Source: Azolla caroliniana
Taxonomy: Eukaryota > Plantae > Polypodiophyta
Reading direction: 5' to 3'
Length of the DNA: 64,000 nucleotides
NCBI GenBank assembly: GCA_043228905.1
Contig: JBHGNT010000013.1
Coordinates: 10,168,001-10,232,000 of the forward strand
In this document: one piece after another, positions 1-11,835 of the stretch
Position numbering within the stretch: position 1 is the stretch's first letter
How the letters are laid out: each line of letters opens with the position of its first letter
Notes under the pieces: generated by a model
Told to the model about the DNA's origin: nothing
Databases searched by the model: none
Seen by the model: only the letters and a program-made list of their open reading frames with translations
Program-made: the position numbers and the translations under genes

Positions 1-112
1 TTATCATTAGAAATAAAAAAATGAATTACTTTCTTAACATCACTTGAAACTCGAAAATATGTTATGTGCACAAAATGTTATATGGTTTTAGCGTTAGGGT
101 TGTTGATAAATG

Positions 113-577
113 GTGACACAAAGAGAGAGGACCAGAGAAAAAGATTGAGAGTGAACTATTCCTTCTTCATTTATTCCCCATAAGGGGTTAAATAGTTACA
201 AAAGGGTAGATACATAGGGGTGCAAGCCCCCTTGGCCATTCACTTTAATCACTCACTCACACCTCTTCTTATTTGTTCACATGCACACACGTGTGCATGT
301 GTTCACATACGTATCTACTCACGCTGACAATTACACTTACACATACACATCTCATTGTGGTCACCAAAATATTGTTGTAGATTTTAGGGTTAGAGTTAAT
401 AATGATGATGAAGATAGAAATAGGGTTAACGATGATGATGATAATGAATGTTGATGGTGATGGTGATGATGACGATTGCGGGATTGATGGCTATGGCGAT
501 GGCATTGTGAATCATTGTGGGGTGGGGGATGGTGCCTAGAATAGATCCACCCCCCTCCCAAGGGGGTTCAACGTAAA

Positions 578-638
<61 letters not shown>

Positions 639-940
639 GTCACCAAAGAGAGATAGAGATGAGAGAGAACTTCTTCATTGTTCATTCATTCCCCATAAGG
701 GGTTAAATAGTTACAAAAGGGTAGAAACCCAGGGGTGCAAGCCCCCTTGTCCATTCACACTAATCACTCACTCACAGCTCTTCGTATATGTCCACATGCA
801 CACATCTGTGCATGTGTTCACATACGCATCTACTCACACTCACAATTATACTTACACATTTACACATACACATCAACAACATTATAGCATTCCACGTTGA
901 CTCATCACACTCAACTCTCCGTACATCTTGTACAGTAACA
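113..940 (-). mobile_element. LTR remnant(s) of a gypsy-like element (3' LTR on minus strand, partly duplicated)
   Basis: Diverged direct copies of one block (ttccccataaggggttaaatagttacaaaagggtaga...) at ~113-360 and ~636-890. Ends ...gtaaca at 940 (TGTTAC on minus strand), next to the same pre-LTR motif as the element at 18403-28118. Confidence 0.55.
581..635. repeat. (AG)n microsatellite
   Basis: Perfect AG run seen directly. Confidence 0.95.
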
Positions 941-945
941 CATTA

Positions 946-986
946 TGGCACGCCCGTGGGAAAGTGCCTTGCACTTCGATCCCACA
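946..986 (-). other. tRNA-3'-end-like motif at the PPT position (copy 2)
   Basis: Minus strand reads tgtgggatcgaagtgcaaggcactttcccacgggcgtgcca, near-identical to 27700-27740 but in front of a different LTR. Confidence 0.75.
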
Positions 987-1086
987 TGCCTTGATCATCA
1001 TCTCTATACGACTGGAACTTCCATCGGTCCTCTTCATCTATCGAGTCTCTCGATGGGAACACTTGACTCGAACATCTCCTAGAGAC

Positions 1087-3482
1087 GCCATGAATAAATG
1101 AAGTTGTGTTTAATGAATTTTCCTAGAGGTACTACAAATAGAGACACCAAATCCCTTGGTTTAAGCGACTTCTTTCTTTTACACACCTTTGCTTCGAAAT
1201 TGTTGTCCACGGACTCAAATAACTTGACAGAGATTAATATTTCAATACTCAACTCTTTTGGACATCACCTAAATCTACTAGGTCCACAATCTTGACATAA
1301 ACCCATGACAAATTTATAATTGTCGAAGATAGCCTCATATTCTCTCGAACACAATACTGAATCTAAAAGACCACTGATGGACAAGATAACATGCTCTGAT
1401 GATTTACAGTGCTCTTGTAGGATAGATCGACAAATTGGGCTCTCACAAGTGCAGACTACATCCTCTAAAGATGAGTTGTGGTGACTTAGTAGATTAACAA
1501 AATCCTTGAGGAAACCCATTTGTACATGGTAAATGCAACATGTGTATCGATCCTTTAAGCGTCTCACAAAGTGTCACTTAAGAGACTCTAATGTTCGTAG
1601 TTGAACTTTGATATTTGGATGCATTCGCTTTTAAACCTAATAAATAAATCTACTTGCGTAATAAGAAGGGAGTTCTGATGCTATCTGATGTAGCTAGTTA
1701 GATATAGTGTGGTAGCTAATTAGCTATGATAATATTTTGATGCAACTATGATATTATTCTAATGGAGTTGATTAGCTATGATCATATTCTGATGTAGGTA
1801 ATTAGCTATGATCATCCTCTAGTGTAGGTAATTAGCTATTTTGATGTAGCTAATTAGCTATTACGAGTAGCTAGTTAGCTATGATCATATTTTGATGTAG
1901 CTAATTAGCAACATTGATAGCTAATTAGCTGATCATAGCTTGTTAGCTATTGCCAGTAGCTAATTAGCTGTTACTAGTAGCTAGGTAGCTATTATCATAT
2001 TTTGACGTAGCTAATTAACTATTGTAGTAGCTAATTAGCTATTCCCATTAGCTAGTTAGCTATGATGAAATTTTGATGTGGGTAAATAGCTATTATTGTA
2101 GCTAATTAGTTGATAATAGCTAGTTAGCTATTGCTAGTAGCTAATTACCTATTACCAACATCTAATTAGCTATTACTAGCAGCTAATTAGCTATTTCTAG
2201 TAGCTAATTAGCTATGATCATATTCTGATGCTAATTAGCTGATAATAGCTAGTTAGCTATTACTAGTAGCTAATTAGGTTTTACCAATATCTAGTTAGCT
2301 ATGATCAAATTTTGATGTAGCTAATTCGTTATTACCAGTAGCTAGTTAGCTATTACTAGTAGCTAATTAGCTATTACCAGTAGCTAGTAGGAGACACAAT
2401 TAGCGAAATTGGTTATGTACTTAAGTAAGAGACATAGTTATCTAGACCTAATGTTGCTAACTAGATATGCCCCTACCTTATGTAGCTAATTAGCTATGGC
2501 CAATACCATATGTTGCTAATTAGATATGCTCGATACCTAATGTAGCTATTTACCTAATTTTCCTTTACTACAACTAGATATAGCTAATCAGGCACATCCT
2601 GATGTAGATAGAAGCTCAGGCCATTAGTTATTGTAGCTAATTACTTAGTGATTGTAATCTCAATAGTGCATAGAGTTGTGACAATAAGCTCAATAATCAA
2701 AACAAAAGATGAGATAAATGTAAATACTTGAGGTACATGAATAAGATGAATGGGATGCTCCTCATATTGACTCCTTCCAACATGTTTCATGCACAAATCC
2801 TTCTTATTAGGTGAAACCCTACTCTAATTAGTCCAAAATATCATGATTATATCCTTGATGTCTGATGTTATGGTTGTTAGTGGCTTACATCTAGTTGTTA
2901 GCTTTAGGAGACTAGTTCCTTTACCACTTGAAATTATCTGGTTCATTATATTGTACACACTTTTTCTACTAACACCGATTACCTTAGATAGCACACTGAT
3001 GTTAAGATCGTCAACATCACTATTAAGTAACATCATTACACTAGACCTTTTTAAGACAAGATCATCTTCTGACCTGCTCATGGATACGAAACTATTACGG
3101 AGATTATTTACTAGTGCAGATGTTATGTTTGCATTGAGACCATCAGAATCAACTAACTCCTTTATCGATGGATCATTTAATATTTGATAAAGTATTACCT
3201 TCTTGTCTTCATTGCTAATGCGTTTGGTTTGAACATTGAAAATATGGTCTACAACCTTTCTCTCTTTGATAGTAGTGTCATTACTCCATACATCGCAACC
3301 AACACTATCCTTACCTTTAGTTGATGTGTCTTTCTTATCCTTTAACATTTGGCGATGTTTCCTTTTCTTTCTGTCCAATACTTTCCTATCGCTTATTGTG
3401 TACTGATAGCCTCATCCCTTTCCTGATGATCCATGAGGGCTGTTGGTAAACACCCTCCTTCCCCTTCCATTTGGCTTCACAT
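1087..3482 (-). pseudogene. Sola2-type transposase pseudogene (N-terminal part)
   Basis: ORF fragments 2824-3378 and 1265-1567 align with the intact copy (KRSSVMMLLNSDVDD; RRLKDRYTCCIYHVQMGFLKD). Contains stops and frameshifts, and the splice acceptor near 1654 is mutated. Confidence 0.85.
1680..2650. repeat. Degenerate TAGCTAATTAGCTA palindrome array (intron of the older Sola copy)
   Basis: Dozens of agctaattagct units seen directly. Confidence 0.9.
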
Positions 3483-3744
3483 ATTCATTAGTAAATTGAA
3501 AAAAAAATGACACGTAAGTGACTATACCACATGCAAACCGATTATTGACAGGTGCGATCCCACCATTTGCAAGAGCATACAATGGGGGTAAGTGACTGTT
3601 TGTTGCAGTGGAGTGAAAGCCACTCGACCACCATCGGGAACAATGATGACTATCGGCAACAACAATACACAAAATTATTCTGCAATACACAAGATAATAG
3701 ACCAAGATGTGAACGCAATGGCTACCAATCGGAGCGATTAGTTA

Positions 3745-4345
3745 TTGCAATCCAGGACCGAACAATGGCGACAACTGAGCGTACAATGGTTGCAATGGAG
3801 GAACTAACTCAGTCAAAGTGAACAATGGCAGCAACCCAAGTCCGAATAGTGGCGGCAACTGAGAGTACAATGGTGACAATGGAAGAGTGAACTTAGTCGG
3901 ATCGAACAATGGCAGCAATCCAGAACCGAACAATGGCGGAAATTTAGAGTACAATGGTGAAAATGGAGTGAACTTAGTCGGATCGAACAATGGCAGCAAT
4001 CCAGAACCGAACAATGGCGGCAACTGAGAGTACAATGGTTACATTGGAAAAGTGAACTCAGTCCGATTGAACAGTGGCAGTGATCCAGGACCGAACAATG
4101 GTAGCAATCCAGAACCGAATAGTGGCGGCAACTGAGAGTACAATGGTGACAATGGAAGAGTGAACTGAGTCGAATCAAATAGTGGCACCAATTCAGGACT
4201 GAACAGTGGTGGCAACTGAGAGTACAATGGTGTCAATGGAAGAGTGAACTTGAGTTGGATCGAATGGTGGCAGCAATCTAAGACCGAACAGTGGCGGTAA
4301 CTGAGCGTAGAGAGGCAATGGAGGAGTGAACTCAGTTGGAGTGAA
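3745..4345. repeat. ~83-bp-unit subterminal tandem repeat of the older Sola copy
   Basis: Recurring ggcggcaactgagagtacaatggtgacaatggaagagtgaac units. Same position and similar unit size as 4993-5760. Confidence 0.8.
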
Positions 4346-4640
4346 CAATGGTAGTAATCGAGACTGAATAGTCTCAAAGTGATGGTCAACGTGATGTGGC
4401 AATGGATCATGCACAATGGACCTAGGATTTTGGTATATAATTAATGTATCCAGTTATGCTGCACATTTCCAATTATGGTGCACGTTTATGTTGCACATTT
4501 ATGGTGCTCATTTATATAATTAAAACATTCTAATGTTTTCATTCATGGTGCAAATTTAAAGAGTATTTATCATTGGTAGCTTTTTGCATAGCTAATTGTT
4601 TCCACTCCTATGCTTTTAACCATATACAAAGGAGGTATCA

Positions 4641-4665
4641 GGGTGAAAGCATGCGAGTGGAAACA
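4641..4665 (+). repeat. Left terminal inverted repeat
   Basis: Reverse complement of 17198-17222 with one mismatch. Confidence 0.92.
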
Positions 4666-4992
4666 ATTAGCTATGTCCTTGACATAGCTAATTAGCTATG
4701 CAAAAAGCTACCATTGATAAATAGTCATTTTAGTAAAAAGCCATCATTAATAAATTAAGTATGCAAAAAACTACCATTGAAAATACTAGAGTGTTTTAAT
4801 TACATATGTAAATGAGTGCCATAAATGTGCAACATAAATTGATGTGTGCACCATAAATGTGTACCATAAATTATATATCGAATTCCTAGGTCCATTATGC
4901 ATGATCCTTTGCCACATCACGTAGGCCATCTCTAGTTGAGTACTGTGGGTTAGTTGCTACCACTGTTGCTAAACCCTATCGAGTCCACCTGC

Positions 4993-5760
4993 CGCCACTC
5001 TACACTGAGGGGCTGCTACTGTGCGTTCCAAGCATCATCAAAGAGCTGCTCAATCTGACGGGGTTCTCTTCTCTGTGACACTCTACACTCAGGGGCCACT
5101 ACTGTGCATTCCAAGCATCATCAAAGAGCTGTTCAATCTGACGGGGTTCTCTTCTCTTTGCCACTCTACACTCAGGGGCCATTACTGTGCGTTCCAAGCA
5201 TCATCAAAGAGCTGTTCAATCTGAGGGGGTTCTCTTCTCTGTGCCACTCTACACTCAGGGGCCATTACTGTGCGTTCCAAGCATCATCAAAGAGCTGTTC
5301 AATCTGAGGGGGTTCTCTTCTCTGTGCCACTCTACACTCAGGGGCCGCTGCTGTGCGTTCCAAGCATCATCAAAGAGCTGTTCAATCTGACGGGGTTCTC
5401 TTCTCTTTGCCACTCTACACTCAGGGGTTGCTACTGTGCGTTCCAAGCATAATCAAAGAGCTATTCAATCTGACGGGGTTCTCTTCTCTTTTCCACTCTC
5501 ACTCAGGGGCCGCTACTGTGCATTTCAAGCATCATTGGTAACTGTTCAATCTGACGGGGTTCTCTTCTCTTTTCCACTCTCACTCAGGGGCCGCTACTGT
5601 GCGTTTCAAGCATCATTGGTAACTGTTCAATCTGACGGGGTTCTCTTCTCTATGCCACTCTATTCTCAAGTGCCTTCTATGTGCGTTTCAAGCATCATCG
5701 GTAACTGTTCAATCTGACGGGGTTCTCTCCTCCATTGCCATCATTCTATACTCAGTTGCC
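4993..5760 (+). repeat. 83-bp subterminal tandem repeat (~9 units)
   Basis: Unit ccactctacactcaggggcc...gtgcgttccaagcatcatcaaagagctgttcaatctgacggggttctcttctct recurs with period 83 (ORF-track starts at 5021, 5104, 5187, 5270, 5353, 5436). Confidence 0.93.
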
Positions 5761-6063
5761 ACTACTGTCCAGTCCCGGATTGCTTCCACATTTCGATTTG
5801 ACGGAGTTCACTCATCCAACGGCAACATTCTACACTCAGTTGTTGCCATTGGTCGGTCTTGGATCGCCTCCTCAACTGTTGGATCCAACAGAGTGAAATC
5901 CTCTACTGTTCGGTCTTGGATTGCAATAACTTTTCTGTCTATTGATTATCTTGTGTATTGTTGTGTCTAATCTTGTGTATTGTGTGGAATATTTTTGTGT
6001 ATTGTTGTTGCCCATAGCCATCTTTAATACTTGTTTTTTTTTCTGGAAATTTAGGGTTTTAAC

Positions 6064-9000
6064 ATGTCTAGCCAAATGGAAGGGGAAGAAGGGTGTTTAG
6101 AATTACCCCTCAATGATCATAAGGATAGGGATGATGTTATCAGGACACAACAAGCCATACGAAACTATTGGGCAGAAAAAAAAAGGAAACATCGTCAATT
6201 GTTGAAGGATACGAAAGCCACACTCAGTAAAGGTAAGGATAGTTTAGCTGAGAATGTAAGTAATGCGACTACCATCATAGAGAGAAAGGTTGTAGACTAT
6301 TTCAATGTTCAAACCAAGCACATCAGCAATGAAGAAAAGAAGGTAGTACTTTATGGAATATGTAATGATCCATCGATAAAGGACTTAGTTGATTGTGATG
6401 GTCTTAATGCAAACATATCATCTATTTTAGTAAATAATCTTCGTAATAGTTTCGTATCCATGAGCAGGTCAGATGATCTTGTCTTAAAAAGGTCTAGTCT
6501 AATGATGTTACTTAATAGTGATGTTGACGATATAAACATCAGTGAGCTATCTAAGGTAATTGGTGTTAGTAGAAAAACAGTGTACAATACAATGAACCGT
6601 ATAATTTCCTCGGGTGAAGGAACTAGTCTACTAAAGCTAACTACAAGATGTAAGCCAATGACACCCATAACATTTGAAATCAAGGATGTAATCACAATGT
6701 TTTGGACTAATGAGAGTAGGGTTTCACCCAATAAAAAGGATTTATGCAGGAAACGTGTTGGAAGAAATCAATACGAGGAGCATCCCATTCATCTTCTTGA
6801 TGTACCTCAGGTATTTACATTTATCTCAACATGGTAATTAGCTGTACTGCTAGCTAGTTAGCTATCATGGTAGCTAGTTAGCTATTTCGTTATTACCAGC
6901 TAATTAGCTACTAGGAAAGCTAATTAGCTACCATGATAGCTAATTAGCTACCATGATAGCTAATTAGCTACTATGATAGCTACTACATAGGTAACTGGCT
7001 ACTCTCAATAGCTACTACCATGATAGCTAATTAGTTAGGATAGCTAATTAGCCACCATTATAGCTAATTAGCTACTAGACCAGCTAATTAGCTACCATGA
7101 TAGCTAATTAGTTACTAGGACAGCTAATTAGCCACCGTGATAGCTAATTAGCTACCATGATAGCTAATTAGCTACTATACCAGCTAATTAGCTACCATGA
7201 TAGCTATTTAGTTACTAGGAAAGCTAATCAGCCACCATTATAGCTAATTAGCTACTAGACCAGCTAATTAGCTACCACAATAGCTAATTAGCTACTAGAC
7301 CAGCTAATTAGCTACCATGATAGCTAATTAGTTACTAGGAAAGCTAATTAGCCACCATGATAGCTAATTAGCTAGTAGACAAGCTAATTAGCCACCATGA
7401 TAGCTAATTAGCTACTAGGACAACTAATTAGCTACTAGGACAGCTAATTAGCTACCATGATAGCTAATTAGCTACTACGAGAGCTAATTAGCTACCATGA
7501 TAGCTAATTAGCTACTAGAATAGCTAATTAGCTACTAGAATAGCTAATTAGCTACCATGATAGCTAATTAGCTACTACGACAGCTAATTAGCTACCATGA
7601 TAGCTAATTAGCTACTACGACAGCTAATTAGCTACCATGATAGCTAATTAGCTACTAGAATAGCTAATTAGCTACTAGAATAGCTAATTAGCTACCACGA
7701 CAGCTAATTAGCTACTACGACAGCTAATTAGCTACCATGATAGCTAATTAGCTACTAGGACAACCAATTAGCTACTAGGACAGCTAATTAGCTACCATGA
7801 TAGCTAATTAGCTACTACGACAGCTAATTGGCTACTAGAATAGCTAATTAGCTACCATGATAGCTAATTAGCTACTACGACAGCTAATTAACTACCATGA
7901 TAGCTAATTAGCTACTAGGACAACTAATTAGCTACCATGATAGCTAATTAGCTACTAGAATAGCTAACTAGCTACTAGAATAGCTAACTAGCTACTAGAA
8001 TAGCTAATTAGCTACTAGGATAGTTAGCTAGTTACGAGAATAACTAATTCCCCTTTATTACGCAGGTCGATTTATTTATTAGGTTCAAACGAATGCATCC
8101 AACTATCAAAGTTCAACTACGAACATTCGAGTCTCTTAAGCCACACTTTGTGAGACGCTTAAAGGATCGATACACATGTTGTTGCATTTACCATGTACAG
8201 ATGGGTTTTCTGAAGGACTCTGTTAATCTACTACGTCACCATAGCGCATCCCTAACTAATACAGTTTGCACATGTGGGTGCCAAATCTGTCGATCAAGCC
8301 CGCAAGAGGAGTGTAAATCATCTGAGCACGTTATCTCTTCCATGAGTTATTTATTAGATTCAATATTGTGTCCGAGAGAATCTGACGCTATCTTCCATAT
8401 TCATAAATGTGTCATGGGTTTATGTCAAGATTGTGGCCCTACTAGATTTAGGTGGTGTCCAAATGAATTGAGTAGTGAAATATTGATCTCTGTGAAGTTA
8501 TTTGAGTCAGTGAACACCAATTTCGAAGGAAAGGTGTGTAAAAGAAAGGATCTAGTTCGGAAGATGCTTAAACCAAGGGATTTGGTGTCTCTGTTTGTAG
8601 TATCTCTAGGAAAGTTCATTAAACACAACTTCATTTATTCATGGCAGGCCCATCAGTTTAAGACTTGCATATCTGATTTCCCAAATGATGTAGTAGTCTC
8701 AGTAGTAGATTTCGCAGAGAATTATACTTTCAAGCAGCAGAATGAAATTCAATCTATGCATTGGTGTTCAGTTCAGGTAACCATTTTTGTGCACATAACA
8801 TATTTTCGAGTTTCAGGTGATGTTAAAAAAGTAATTCATTTCTTTATTTCCGATGATAAGAAGCATGATACCTTGTTCGTCCAACACTGTTTTAAGTTAC
8901 ATTGGCAGTGGTTATTAGCTCAACGTTTGGAGCTTACTCAACATTGGGTCTGGTCTGACGGAGCTGCGTCACAATTCAAGGCTCGACGTCCATTTTATTT

Positions 9001-9907
9001 TGTGGGGAGGTATCCTGCTATAACAGGTTTGGAGATGAGATGGAATTTTTTTGGGTCTGGCCATGGTAAAGGTGAACATGATGGTGCAGGGGCTGTTATA
9101 AAGCGGGCACTTACCCATGAACAACTAAAGACAGATGGTGTGCACATGAATTGTGCATCACATGTAGTTGAATTTTTAAGAACAAATATGTCGACGAGTG
9201 CCACAGGTGTTTATTCCTCGCAAGTTCGAGATATCAAACGTGAATTTTGGGAAGTGAAGATAGATGAAGTAAATAGGGAGAAGACCTGGGAGTGCCAAGG
9301 AATTCCCGAATTGCGATCTCTGCATGCTGTTCGCGGTTATTCCAGGTTGGATGGTCATTGTATTGCGGTTAGAGAATTGACTTGTTTTTGCTTCCATTGT
9401 GTGCAGGGAAATTGGAGATATTGTCTAAACAAAGCATACATTCAGAATTGGGAGTATCACACTCTGAATGATAAGGAAGCAGTTGATGGAGAAACAGGGC
9501 AGAATGCTGACTTCACATATGAGGGACTTGGAGATACTTTGAGTGATGTCTTGAACGTTGGGGATAACTTCGCTGTAAATGCTGAAGAAGGCAATTCAGA
9601 GGGTGCTGATTTCTATATATTAAAGTGCACGGTTAGTAAACAGTGTGCAAGGCAGAATATTGTAGATGCATGGGGAAATTTTGTATCTGCCGGGACATTC
9701 TACATCGAAGGCATTTTTTATGCAAAACTAGATGACTACGAATATGTGTACAGGCTGTTAGAAGACAAACCAGCGGCGTATATGTACTCTCATTTGGTCA
9801 GATGCATCAACGTCCCAATGTCAGAATACAATAGCTGCTCCGGTTTATACACTGTTGGTGCTAATGTGTATGAATGTATTTACAATAGTATGCCATGGAA
9901 TTTGTAG
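6064..9907 (+). CDS. Sola2-type DDD transposase, join(6064..6810,8066..9907), ~862 aa
   Basis: Donor CAG|GTATTT after 6810 and acceptor TTACGCAG|GTC before 8066 give a phase-0 in-frame join. Cys/His cluster TCCCIYH; putative catalytic motifs VVDFAENY..QSMHW, WSDGAASQFK and FFGSGHGKGEHDGAG. No stops. Confidence 0.87.
6835..8040. repeat. TAGCTAATTAGCTA palindromic minisatellite (~20-bp period) filling the transposase intron
   Basis: Repeated (ccatga/ctagaa/ctacga)+tagctaattagcta units seen directly. Confidence 0.95.
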
Positions 9908-10385
9908 CTACAAGTAGCACTCACCATGTTCTCTTGTAAAACAAACATGTATTTCGCGAAAACAGATCAATAAATTCGTTTGGAATCAATTTCTTGTATA
10001 CAGTCTGCTTTCTGTGCTTCTTTCTCAATAAAATCATGTCTTTTTTGTTAAGTTTTAAGTTATAAGTTATAGCGAAATAGTCATCAGTAGCTAATTAGCT
10101 GTACAAATGCAGCTAATTAGCTGTACAAATGTATTTACAATAGTATGCCATGGAATTTGTAGCTACAAGTAGCACTTACCATGTTCTCTTGTAAAACAAA
10201 CATGTATTTCGCGAAAACAGATCAATAAATTCGTTTGGAATCAATTTCTTGTATACAGTCTGCTTTCTGTGCTTCTTTCTCAATAAAATCATGTCTTTTT
10301 TGTTAAGTTTTAAGTTATAAGTTATAGCGAAATAGTCATCAGTAGCTAATTAGCTGTACAAATGCAGCTAATTAGCTGTACAAAT
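9873..10385 (+). repeat. ~255-bp tandem duplication covering the transposase stop and 3' UTR
   Basis: aatgtatttacaatagtatgccatggaatttgtag... starts at 9873 and again at 10128, near-identical. Confidence 0.9.
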
Positions 10386-10531
10386 GCAGCTAATTAGCTG
10401 TCAATAGCTAAATAGTCATCAATAGAATGAAATCAACAATCTGCAACATATTCCTCAAATTACACAGTAGATAAGTACAGTGGGAACAAGTAATTAAATT
10501 CTTCATTGAATAATGTCATCTCTTTACATAT

Positions 10532-11586
10532 TTATAAATTACCATTGGCAATGTCTACAAATCTCCTATAAACAGCTAAGCTCTTGCTAGTCAGTGGAAC
10601 GAGTCTACATATATTATCCGCATATTGAGCTCGGTATGGAGTCCACAACCATGCACCTAGTTGGCAGCTCACTGTTTGCACCAGGTACTGTTCAGGCATT
10701 TCCTCGGGTAGAATGAGACAGCATCTCCGAATATTGAAGTAGTGTCGGAAATGTTCTGTATCCAAAATCAATGTATTGTCAGCATTATATTCAGGCCAAG
10801 TAGCCCAAAAATCAGAAAGCCTCTTGAATCTTGCAGCTTCCATCTGCTCACAATTTTCTCGTGCCCATTGACCTTTAAAACGACTTCGCCATTTTGGGAA
10901 GAATCTTGCCAAACACTTCCACACATCTGATTTTGGTTTTTCACTCCAAATAAACAAATCGAAGTGCTCCGCAGCCCACTCTAGAAACTGATTTGCGTCC
11001 CTCCTTGGCTGCATATATCTCACACTCATCAAGACTTTATCCAGCTCCAAGATCAAGGCTCTTCGCTCGACTTCTAGTGGTTTAGGTTTCCATTCCTGAA
11101 ACTGAGCCGCTGTTACACCATTTTCTGGTAGGATACGATCAATCTCAATCAGCTCAGGTTCGGCTGACACAACTGGTGTCCTTTTCCTCTTTAAACCCCT
11201 AGTCGACTGTGTTGGGCCTAGCTTCACATTCTGGTGCTCTTGTTTTGTCGACTTAGTTATCAATCCTTGGATTACCTCAGTGCATGTAGCTACTGTTCTG
11301 CTCGATATCAATCCACTGGTATCACATGCTGCATCTACCTGCAACACCAAGTCATCCGTGCTACATGCTGCATCTACCTGCAACACCAAGTCATCCGTGC
11401 TACATGCTGCATCTACCTGCAACACCAAGTCATCCGTGCTACATGCTTGATCAACTTGTGTGACCAGATCACTTGTGTCAGTTGCTACATCTACTTTCAA
11501 GATGGGGCCCTTTAAACATGCCGCAACATCAACAGTATCCACACTGCCATTGGCCTTACGAGCAATAGAATCAAACCCTTTAGACT
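10532..11586 (-). CDS. FCP1/NIF-like HAD phosphatase-fold exon (probable alternative last exon of the Sola accessory gene)
   Basis: Open frame with ALILELDKVL (DxDxT-like motif I), PRRDANQFLEWAAEHFDLFIWS and KRLSDFWATWPEYNADNTLILD, resembling plant FCP1-homology proteins. Phase-1 acceptor TTGCAG| at 11587. Three 14-aa repeats (LVLQVDAACSTDD). Confidence 0.65.
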
Positions 11587-11835
11587 CTGCAACATCAGAA
11601 AACACCAACATATTCACACTCACAAAGTAACTACTAGTCTCACAAAACAATATCCTGAACATCAAAGAGTTTCAGTCATAGAACAACACTCTTCAAATTA
11701 TCTTGGAAAAACATCATAGAGTTCCATTACATAATGTGGATCAAGCAACAACCAATCTGAGGTTTTACTTGTCCAACAGGATAGTAAAACTTCATAAAAC
11801 CCTAGCAAAATCCCTAAGCTAACAATCATATCCAA

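Larger units (their letters stand above)
1087..4621 (-). mobile_element. Truncated older Sola2-type DNA transposon (5' half only)
   Basis: Minus-strand terminus ggttaaaagcataggagtggaaacaattagctatg matches the TIR at 4641. Carries homologues of transposase exon 1, the TAGCTA intron and the start of exon 2. Breaks off at ~1087, before the catalytic residues. Confidence 0.85.

Noticed and set aside
4993-5760. CRISPR-like array, and the repeated ~67-aa ORFs
   Set aside because: Contiguous tandem units with no unique spacers and no cas genes, in a eukaryotic TE context. The ORFs are by-products of the repeat.
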